DNA from: Solirubrobacterales bacterium
GTDB lineage: Bacteria > Actinomycetota > Thermoleophilia > Solirubrobacterales > 70-9
DNA: 48,385 nt
Reading direction: 5' to 3'
Assembly (NCBI GenBank): GCA_018883025.1
Contig: VEQW01000001.1
Span: forward strand, 1-48,385
Each line of letters begins with the position of its first letter. Within the stretch, counting starts at the first letter, position 1. Position numbers and translations under genes: made by a program. Shown one piece after another: positions 9,445 to 16,764 of the stretch. Below the pieces are notes generated by a model that saw nothing but the letters and a program-made list of their open reading frames with translations, did not search any database and was not told where the DNA came from.

Positions 9445-11576
9445 GCCGCGCCTTCCGTCCCGACGACGAGCTCAGGGGGGAGCTGCTCTCGCTCTTCGCC
9501 GGTGAGGCGCGGGACGAACTCGACACGATCTCCTCCGGGCTGGTCTCTCTCGAGTCGGGCGGAGAGGACGCCATCTCCTCGGGAAGGTTCGACGAGATGA
9601 TGCGGGCTGCCCACAGCCTCAAGGGCGGTGCAAGGGCGGTCGAGCTCGATCCGGTCGACCGGATCGCCCACGCCCTCGAGGGACTGATGAAGGCGGCGGC
9701 AGAAGGAGGCGGATTCGGAGTCGACACCGTCGATCTCGCCTACCGCGCCCTGGATGCGATCGAAGTGATCATCGAGGCCGCAACCGGGGGACCGCCCACC
9801 GAGGTAAACGTGACTGCGATCTGTGACGAGCTGACGGCGGCCGCAGGAGGTGACGGCGGTGGAGGTGCGCGAGAGCAAGGTCCAACTGAGCGACCCGGGG
9901 ACCGTCCCGAACCCGAGAGGACCGCTCCGGGCACCGCGCCTGAAACGAAAGCCGAAGATCCGGGCGGGCCTGTCGATGCCCCGACCACTCCACTGGCCGA
10001 GACGACGGTCCGGGTCAATGTCGCCAAGCTGGATCGCTTGATGGCATCGGTCCGCGAGCTCGAGACCGCCCGGGTCGGGGTCGAATACGCCACCTCCCAG
10101 CTGGAGGAAGTCGCCGAGCGGGAGGACATCGAGACCCGCCAGTACGACCGGCGCTCGGGGGCGATCAGGGATGCCACTGCCGGACCGCTGACCCAACTGG
10201 AGAGGGCCGCGAGAGAGGTCGCCGAGGAAGTTGCCGAGGCCCGGACCGTCCCGCTCTCCCTCGCCTTCGATCCCCTTCCACGAACCGTCCGTGAACTCGG
10301 TCGTGACCTCGGTCGGAAGGCGAGCATCGAGGTCTCGGGAGGCGAGATCGACGTCGACCGCTCGGTGATGGAGGTCCTGAGGCCCGCACTCGTCCATGTG
10401 ATCCGGAACGCGATGGACCACGGGATCGAGCCACCGGCGGTCAGGACCGCGGCCGGGAAGTCCGAGGAGGGCCGGATCACCGTCAGGGCCCGGTCGGGGG
10501 GAGGTCGACTCGAGGTCGAGGTGACCGACGACGGGGCCGGACTAGATGTCGAGGCGATCAAGCGAAAGGCGATCGATGCCGGCCTGATCTCGGCCGCGGA
10601 GGCGGATGCACTCTCCGAGGACGAGGTAGCCGCGCTGCTGACCAGGCCCGGTTTCTCGACCCGTGAGTCTGCCGGGGAGATCTCCGGGCGTGGAGTCGGG
10701 CTGGACGCGGTACAGGAGGGCCTCGCATCGATCCAGGGAAGTCTCGAGATCGTCGGAATCAGGGGGTCGGGAACGATGGTCACGATGAGCGCCCCCCTGG
10801 CGATCGCCGCGACCGAGGTACTGGTGGCGCGCCTCGGCGGGCACCCGGTCGGGTTTCCCCTGATCGAGACCGACCAGGTACTGGAGCTCGAGGACCCCGA
10901 AGCCGCCGAGGTTGAACTGAGCGGCTTGATCGTCCCGCTTTCGAGTCGCGAGACGATCGGCGGGCTGGCACCGGACGTCGCTATCGAGCCCCGCTACGCC
11001 GTAGTCGTCCGCTCCTCTGGCCGACGGATCGCCTTTCCGGTGGAAGAGCTGGTCGGGGTGACCCGGTTGAACACGATGCCCCTGCCGGACCTGCTGCCCC
11101 CGATCGACCTGTTCAAGTCGGTCGCGATCCTCCCTGACGGCAGCGTGCTACGGGTGCTGGAGCCACCCGCTCTGATCGAGGACCTTCCCCCGGCCCCCCG
11201 GCTCCTGGTCGTCGACGACTCGGCCGCGTGGCTGGAAAAGAGCAGGGAGTGGTTCACCCGGGCCGGCTGGGATGTAGGGACGGCAACCAACGGGCGGGAC
11301 GCCCTGTCGATGTTGTCGGAGGACTCCTTCTCCGCCCTGCTCACCGATCTCGAGATGCCCGATGTAGACGGCATCGAGCTGACCAGGACCGTCCGCGCCG
11401 GCGGGGCCGGAAGGGCCGATATCCCGGTGGTCGTCTGGTCTGCCTCGGCCGATGGGGAGGCCGGACCGACGGCGCTGGGGGCGGGGGCCGATGCCTTCCT
11501 GGCCAAGGAGGCCGGGAATGAAGCGGGCGCGCTGGAGGCGATCAACGGGGCGCTGGAGCAGCGACCAGCGACCTGA
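9441..11576 (+). CDS. cheA: Hybrid CheA histidine kinase (Hpt-dimerisation-HATPase-CheW-like-REC)
   Basis: P1 Hpt motif MRAAHSLKGGARAV. P3 segment VRVNVAKLDRLMASVRELE. N-box HVIRNAMDHGIE, G1 DDGAGLD, G2 GRGVGLDAV. P5 segment VLVARLGGHPVGFPL. C-terminal receiver RLLVVDDSAAW...LLTDLEMPDVDGIEL...VVVWSAS. A Pro/Gly/Glu-rich linker sits where P2 would be. Confidence 0.9.
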   Translation: MSRAFRPDDELRGELLSLFAGEARDELDTISSGLVSLESGGEDAISSGRFDEMMRAAHSLKGGARAVELDPVDRIAHALEGLMKAAAEGGGFGVDTVDLAYRALDAIEVIIEAATGGPPTEVNVTAICDELTAAAGGDGGGGAREQGPTERPGDRPEPERTAPGTAPETKAEDPGGPVDAPTTPLAETTVRVNVAKLDRLMASVRELETARVGVEYATSQLEEVAEREDIETRQYDRRSGAIRDATAGPLTQLERAAREVAEEVAEARTVPLSLAFDPLPRTVRELGRDLGRKASIEVSGGEIDVDRSVMEVLRPALVHVIRNAMDHGIEPPAVRTAAGKSEEGRITVRARSGGGRLEVEVTDDGAGLDVEAIKRKAIDAGLISAAEADALSEDEVAALLTRPGFSTRESAGEISGRGVGLDAVQEGLASIQGSLEIVGIRGSGTMVTMSAPLAIAATEVLVARLGGHPVGFPLIETDQVLELEDPEAAEVELSGLIVPLSSRETIGGLAPDVAIEPRYAVVVRSSGRRIAFPVEELVGVTRLNTMPLPDLLPPIDLFKSVAILPDGSVLRVLEPPALIEDLPPAPRLLVVDDSAAWLEKSREWFTRAGWDVGTATNGRDALSMLSEDSFSALLTDLEMPDVDGIELTRTVRAGGAGRADIPVVVWSASADGEAGPTALGAGADAFLAKEAGNEAGALEAINGALEQRPAT

Positions 11577-13428
11577 TTTCCTCGAGGTGGGCCTCGCCTG
11601 CAGCCCGCCCGATCTCCACCGCCCGATCGAACGAGCCGAAGTCGAGCATCTTGAGGCGCGACACCTCCGGTTCGATCAGCAGGTCCGCCCGACCGGAAAC
11701 CCCCTCCCCCGCCGCAGCCGAACCGAGCAGTACCGACCGCAGCAGGGTCTCCCCGAGAAAGGGCAACGCCGGGTGTCCCTCCCGATCCAGGTCGGGCTCG
11801 AACCTCCCACCCACCTCGACTGCGACGACCGGGCCCTCATCCATGTCGGACATCACATCGACCGGCAGGTTCCTGATCAACCCGCCATCGACGAACAGGC
11901 GGCCGGCGTCCTGTCCCGGCGGCAGGAAGGCCGGGATCCGGGCGGTGTTCAGGGCTGCCTCGGCGACGAGCCCGGATCGCTGGACCACCATCTCCGCCTC
12001 GACCATGTCGGCGGCCACCGTGAACAGGTCGATCGGCAGCGTCTCGATCACCCGGTCGCCAAAGATCCGCTCCATCACCTGCTCCGCCCCATCGGTTCTC
12101 GATACGGCGCTCCTGGGGGGCACCTGGTACCGGTGACGGACCCTCCTACTGAAGATCGACTTGACCGCCCGGCGACGGGAGGGTGCGTCGAGTCCAACCG
12201 CAAAGGTCGAGGAGACGATCCCGCCCATGCTGGTACCGCCGATCCGGTCGACGAGTATCCCGTTCTCCTCCAGGACCTCGATCAGGCCGAGGTGGGCAAA
12301 GCCCCTGGCCCCACCGCCCCCGAGGACGAGGCCGAGCGAGGAGCCGGTGAGCCTTCGTGCGGCCCTTGCCAGATCGGCCCCCTGCGCCTCCCCTGCCTCG
12401 ATCCGATGACGGGACCGGGGCCGGAGAACTTCGATCCAGGCGGCTGCAACCTCGGCCGGGTACTCCGGACCGACGAAGATCAGGTCACAGCCCTGGAGCC
12501 TCGGCATCGGCTTCCTGGGCGGGGGCATCCGCGGCGGTGCCACACAGACCAGTCGGTCGGCCTGGCGCACGCAGAACCGCCGCCACTCTCCCTCATCCCG
12601 ATCGGCGACCAGGATCACCCGCTGGTTCTGCCGCTCGGACTCATCGAGAAGGTGACCCCAGGCAACCGGGTCACCAGACTCGGCAACCGACGGATCGAGA
12701 ACGGTGACCCCACCGAGATCGGCAAAGGCCCGCCTGACCCCATCGGCGATCGCGGCCACATCCATTCCGTCGAGAAGAGGGACGACCGCGAAGGTCTTGT
12801 GCTCGGGCAGGTCCTCCGGCAGCCCACCGCTTGCCTGGAGCTGCCGACCGAGGGTCGAGACGAGCGCCCTCGTGAAGGTCGGAACCGAGGTCATGAGCTC
12901 GCGAAACGCCTCGAACGACAGCCTCAGCAGGCTCGAGTCCCGGCTGGCCCTGACCGATGCCGAGCGAGGGTCCCCGGTGACCAGGGCGAGCTCCCCAACC
13001 GTCGCCCCCGGACCGAGTACACGGAGGATCTCGATTTCGTCGTCATCCCGGGATCCGTCCGGGCCTTCCCCGCGAACCACTTCGAGCCGCCCGGTCTCGA
13101 CCAGGTAGAGGGCGTCCCCCGGATCGCCCTTCCTGATCAGCCAGTCGCCTGCCTCGACGGCTACCCGTTCGAGGCGTTCCTCGACCTGGTCCCTCGCCTC
13201 GGCCGGAAGTGCACCGAACAACGGGCTCTCGGCGAGGATCCTCGCGACGCGATCATCTCCAGCCTCCACGGGGAGCGAGTCTACGGCGATATTCCGAAAT
13301 CCCCTGGATGACCCGGACCGGCTGAAACGGGCTCGGCTAGGCTTCACTGCCTTGCGACTCCGAGAGGAAACCCAGTGGACTTCCTGACCCAGGCGGACAC
13401 CGAGAAGCTCGGAGGAGCGATCAACCAC
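11542..13428 (-). CDS. Cyclic-nucleotide-binding domain + patatin-like phospholipase (NTE-family architecture)
   Basis: N-terminal CAP-type cNMP domain: PLFGALPAEARDQV...GDWLIRKGDPGDALYLVETGRLEV...GELALVTGDPRSASVRA (intact phosphate-binding cassette). Patatin motifs: LVLGGGGARGFAHLG (oxyanion hole), GGTSMGG (GxSxG) and FVDGGLIRNLP (catalytic Asp). Start uncertain: the maximal ORF start at 13428 overlaps the divergent gene. In-frame GTGs at 13347 and 13269 are alternatives. Confidence 0.85.
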   Translation of the reverse strand: MVDRSSELLGVRLGQEVHWVSSRSRKAVKPSRARFSRSGSSRGFRNIAVDSLPVEAGDDRVARILAESPLFGALPAEARDQVEERLERVAVEAGDWLIRKGDPGDALYLVETGRLEVVRGEGPDGSRDDDEIEILRVLGPGATVGELALVTGDPRSASVRASRDSSLLRLSFEAFRELMTSVPTFTRALVSTLGRQLQASGGLPEDLPEHKTFAVVPLLDGMDVAAIADGVRRAFADLGGVTVLDPSVAESGDPVAWGHLLDESERQNQRVILVADRDEGEWRRFCVRQADRLVCVAPPRMPPPRKPMPRLQGCDLIFVGPEYPAEVAAAWIEVLRPRSRHRIEAGEAQGADLARAARRLTGSSLGLVLGGGGARGFAHLGLIEVLEENGILVDRIGGTSMGGIVSSTFAVGLDAPSRRRAVKSIFSRRVRHRYQVPPRSAVSRTDGAEQVMERIFGDRVIETLPIDLFTVAADMVEAEMVVQRSGLVAEAALNTARIPAFLPPGQDAGRLFVDGGLIRNLPVDVMSDMDEGPVVAVEVGGRFEPDLDREGHPALPFLGETLLRSVLLGSAAAGEGVSGRADLLIEPEVSRLKMLDFGSFDRAVEIGRAAGEAHLEEIRSLVAAPAPR

Positions 13429-15177
13429 CTCGTGATCGGCCTCTGCCGGCTCGAGGAGAGGGCAGATGGCACCGTCCCCTCTTTCGAGGAGGTGAGGGAG
13501 CTGGTGGAGGAGCGTCTGGGGCGCTCACCGCGGTTCAGGCAGTTCCCGTACGCCCCGCCTGACCATGGCGGCCTTCCCGTCTGGGCCGATGCCCAGGACT
13601 TCGACCTCGACTACCACGTGGTCGAGGCAGAGACGGACGGCCCGGTCGATCGTCACCAGCTAGACGAACTGCTGGCCGAATGGATGACCACGCCGATCGA
13701 CGAGGAGCAGCCGCTCTGGCGGGTCCAGTACGTCCCTACCGAGGACGGCGCCGCACTGATGGTCAAGTCGAGCCACGCCCTTGCAGACGGACTGGGTTCG
13801 ATCGCCCTTTTCGCGATGCTGCTCTTCGACGTGACCGAGGAGCCGGTACGCGAGGACGCGGCCCCCTGGGAACCGGCCCCCTTGCCGGATGCCTCGGAGC
13901 TCAGGACGGCGGCAGGCCAGGCCGACTCGGATGAGGCCGAGGCCGACAAGACCCCCCTCGAAAAGGTGGTCTCCCTCATTTCGAGCCCCGAGGCGATCCG
14001 GCAGACCGCGACCGAAACGGCAGGGGTCAGCTCCTACCTGATCCGGAAGGCCCGGACCGAGGTCGCACCGAGTCCCCTGGCCCAGGGGTCCGGCATGCCG
14101 CTGGAACTGCACACCCTCGAATACCCACTCGATCGGCTCAAGCTGCTCGGTCGTGGCCTCGGGACCGGCGCGACGATGAACGACGTGATCCTCGGCCTGA
14201 CGGCCGGTGGCCTCCGCCGATGGTGCGTCGAGAACGGCTACCCACTGGAGGAGATCGCCGTGCGGGTCCCGGTCGCGACGAAGAAGAGGGAAGGTGAGGG
14301 TGAGGGCAACGCGAGCGTAGCCCCGATGATCGTGCCACTGCCCCTCGAGGAGGCGGACCCGGTCAGGCGGGTTCGCCTGCTCAGGGAGCGGACCGAGTCG
14401 ATCAAGAATGCCGGTCAGCCGGAGCTGAACCTGGCGGTCCGGAACCTGGCCAGGGAGGCCCCCGGTCCGGTCGGCGAGCGGATGTTGAACCTGGTCACCG
14501 GCAAGGGGCAGGCAAACATCGCGATCCACAACCTGCCCGGACCCCCCCTCAAGCTCTACGTTCTGGGGGCACCGACCGCCTCGTTCCACAGCTTCACACT
14601 GCCGCGGGCCGGCCTCGCGATCCACCTCAACGTCGTCTCGGTCGGCGGGGTAGTCTCGATCGGACTCGCGGCCGACCAGGGCGTCGCAGGGAGTCTCGCT
14701 CCGTTCGTTCGCGGCATCGAGGAGACGGAGGAGGCCCTCGCGAGCGGCGTGTCCTGCCTCGACCTCGTACGCCGGGTGCCGATCTTCGCACCGCTCGACG
14801 ATGAGATGCAGGAGGACCTCGCCTCCCGCATGGTCGAGCGAAGGGTCGAGGGTGGGGAGACCCTGGTCGCCCAGGGTGAGCCGGCTGAGGACTTCTTCCT
14901 GATCGTCGAAGGAGCCTTCGACACCCAGGTGGACGGCCAGTCGGTTCGGACGATGGGTCCGGGCGACTCGTTCGGGGAGATCGGCCTGCTCAGGGACACC
15001 GAACGAACGGCGACGGTAGAAGCGAAGGAAGCGGGAGTGGTGATGGTCTTGAGTCGCGAGGACTTCCTCGGTGCCGTCTCCGCCGACCCGGCAAGCATGG
15101 TCGTCGCCGACGCGATCATCAACACGAGGCTCGGCGATCTCGGGCGGTATCAGGTGTTCAGCGAGACAGCGGACTGA
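13375..15177 (+). CDS. WS/DGAT-family acyltransferase (wax ester synthase/diacylglycerol acyltransferase-like) with C-terminal cyclic-nucleotide-binding domain
   Basis: Active-site motif at the expected position (~aa 130): KSSHALADGLGS, a SHxxxDG variant of HHxxxDG. C-terminal-half WS/DGAT pattern: ANIAIHNLPGPPLKLYVLGA. The last ~135 aa form a CAP-type cNMP domain: RRVPIFAPLDDEMQEDL...GETLVAQGEPAEDFFLIVEG...FGEIGLLRDTERTATVEA. GTG start with GAGAGGAAA upstream. Confidence 0.8.
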   Translation: MDFLTQADTEKLGGAINHLVIGLCRLEERADGTVPSFEEVRELVEERLGRSPRFRQFPYAPPDHGGLPVWADAQDFDLDYHVVEAETDGPVDRHQLDELLAEWMTTPIDEEQPLWRVQYVPTEDGAALMVKSSHALADGLGSIALFAMLLFDVTEEPVREDAAPWEPAPLPDASELRTAAGQADSDEAEADKTPLEKVVSLISSPEAIRQTATETAGVSSYLIRKARTEVAPSPLAQGSGMPLELHTLEYPLDRLKLLGRGLGTGATMNDVILGLTAGGLRRWCVENGYPLEEIAVRVPVATKKREGEGEGNASVAPMIVPLPLEEADPVRRVRLLRERTESIKNAGQPELNLAVRNLAREAPGPVGERMLNLVTGKGQANIAIHNLPGPPLKLYVLGAPTASFHSFTLPRAGLAIHLNVVSVGGVVSIGLAADQGVAGSLAPFVRGIEETEEALASGVSCLDLVRRVPIFAPLDDEMQEDLASRMVERRVEGGETLVAQGEPAEDFFLIVEGAFDTQVDGQSVRTMGPGDSFGEIGLLRDTERTATVEAKEAGVVMVLSREDFLGAVSADPASMVVADAIINTRLGDLGRYQVFSETAD

Positions 15178-15189
15178 GGGAAGGGCTCC

Positions 15190-15990
15190 GTGGCAGCGCA
15201 ACCGACCGCCTGGCTCTGCTCCCACCCGAAGAGCGGCCGCACCTGGATGCGGTTCGCCCTCGTCCAGCTGCTCGATTCCCTCCACGGACTCGACGGCGGT
15301 TTCGACATGCTGAACATGTTCGGACTGATCCCCAACTCCGACGGTGAGGGGAAGACCCAGCCGACCAAGACCCCCGACAACTATCGCTACAGCGACCGGT
15401 CCGATGTCCCCTTCATCGTCATGAGCCACCTGCCCTGGGAGAGTTCCTTCTCCGAGCTTCCGGCGGTCTTCCTCGTGAGGAGCCCGGGTGATGTCCTCGT
15501 TTCCTACTACCACCACATGAACCGGCACGACGGAAGGTTCCAGGGGACCCTCGACGAGTTCGCCCGGGATCCGGAGTACGGAATCCCGAACATCGTCTCT
15601 TACCTGGCGTCCTGGGAGCCCCACCTGGACGATCCGAACCTGACCGTGGCCACCTACGAAAGGCTGAAGGCAGAACCGGTCGAGGAATTCGGGAAGCTCG
15701 TCTCCGGGCTCGGAATCGAGGCGGGTACCGCAGAGCTGCAGGCGGCCCTCGACGCGGCATCGGTAGAGCGGATGCGGGAAGTCGAGGCGAGGACAGGAGT
15801 CGGTCAGCCCCAGGCGTACGACTTCGGCGATCCGGACGCGAGGCGGGTCCGCAAGGCGAAGGTCGGAGGCTGGCGAGAGGAGATGGACGACGACACGATC
15901 GCACTGCTCCTGGCCGAGATCGAAGCCTCTCCCGAGGCGAGTCAGCTACTCGAGCGACTCGACCTCATGCCGGGGCCGGCCCCGGTCTGA
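15190..15990 (+). CDS. Sulfotransferase (Sulfotransfer_1-like, PAPS-dependent type)
   Basis: 5'-PSB loop LCSHPKSGRTWMRF. 3'-PB-like motif LVRSPGDVLVSYYHH. GTG start 12 nt after the WS/DGAT stop with GAGGGAAGGG upstream, so it is likely co-transcribed. Confidence 0.8.
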   Translation: MAAQPTAWLCSHPKSGRTWMRFALVQLLDSLHGLDGGFDMLNMFGLIPNSDGEGKTQPTKTPDNYRYSDRSDVPFIVMSHLPWESSFSELPAVFLVRSPGDVLVSYYHHMNRHDGRFQGTLDEFARDPEYGIPNIVSYLASWEPHLDDPNLTVATYERLKAEPVEEFGKLVSGLGIEAGTAELQAALDAASVERMREVEARTGVGQPQAYDFGDPDARRVRKAKVGGWREEMDDDTIALLLAEIEASPEASQLLERLDLMPGPAPV

Positions 15991-16722
15991 GGGCGACTGA
16001 CCGGGCGGGTCGTAGAGGGCCTCGTCGAAGGGCCGATCGAAGAACCAGTCCCGATCGTCCGTTCCCGTCTTCCGAAGGGCGGCCAGGTTCGTCTCACGCT
16101 CGACCTCGGCCGTCCGGCCCTCGATCCGCTCGTAGGCACGGTTGGACACCACGTAGCCCACGGCCTTCTGGATCGCCGGCATCCAGGTGTCGTGGAAGAC
16201 GATGACGCCACCCTCTTCGAGCATCCGATCCATGTAGAAGAAATCGATCAGGGCGTGGTCGAACAGGTGGAGTCCGTCGACGAAGGCGAGGTCCACCCGG
16301 GTTCCGTCAGCTGCCAACGCAGGAAGCGCCAGTTCGGAAGGCTCCTCGATCAGGGTGATGTATTCCCGCACGCCCGCCTTGTCGGCAAGGTCGAGTCCGG
16401 CCGACTTCCATTGGGCGGTCTGGTACGGATCGATGCAGGTATGGATCCCTTCCCCACGTCCGGCGTGCACCGAGGCGACCGCAACCGCTGAGTGGCCTGC
16501 GGCCATCCCGGTCTCGATCGTCCGACGGGCATCGAGCTCACGGGTCAATCGGGCAAGGAGCGCGGCGGTCTCTTCCTCGATCGGCGCATTCGAGGGCTTG
16601 CTGGCTATCACCCGATCCCGAGGTCCGAGCAGCGGCGCCTCGGGCTCATCCGGGGGCGCCTTGCGGTATTCGGCGACCAGTACTTCGGGAAGCTCGGAGG
16701 AACTGTCTGATTCGTTTGCCAT
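15946..16722 (-). CDS. Class I SAM-dependent methyltransferase (Methyltransf_24 / O-methyltransferase family 3-like)
   Basis: ...IHTCIDPYQTAQWKSAGLDLADKAGVREYITLIEEPSELALPALAADGTRVDLAFVDGLHLFDHALIDFFYMDRMLEEGGVIVFHD matches the core beta-strand order and the D-x-D / FIDG-like motif of this family. Recognised by eye only. Confidence 0.6.
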   Translation of the reverse strand: MANESDSSSELPEVLVAEYRKAPPDEPEAPLLGPRDRVIASKPSNAPIEEETAALLARLTRELDARRTIETGMAAGHSAVAVASVHAGRGEGIHTCIDPYQTAQWKSAGLDLADKAGVREYITLIEEPSELALPALAADGTRVDLAFVDGLHLFDHALIDFFYMDRMLEEGGVIVFHDTWMPAIQKAVGYVVSNRAYERIEGRTAEVERETNLAALRKTGTDDRDWFFDRPFDEALYDPPGQSPSDRGRPRHEVESLE

Positions 16723-16764
16723 TGAGGGATTCCGGTCGCAGCGGGAGCCCGGGACCGGCCGGAC

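Noticed and set aside
7305-10421. 1038-aa minus-strand ORF, the longest in the window, spanning the MCP, cheW and cheA region
   Set aside because: The translation is Arg/Pro/Gly/Leu-rich with no recognisable motif. The opposite strand carries contiguous, motif-complete MCP, CheW and CheA genes. This is a typical stop-codon-poor shadow ORF of a GC-rich genome.
11452-15624. Long ORFs 11452..13311 (+) and 13660..15624 (-), antisense to the cNMP-patatin and WS/DGAT genes
   Set aside because: They have no motifs and a low-complexity Arg/Pro/Gly/Asp-rich translation. The sense strands carry complete catalytic and cNMP-binding motifs.
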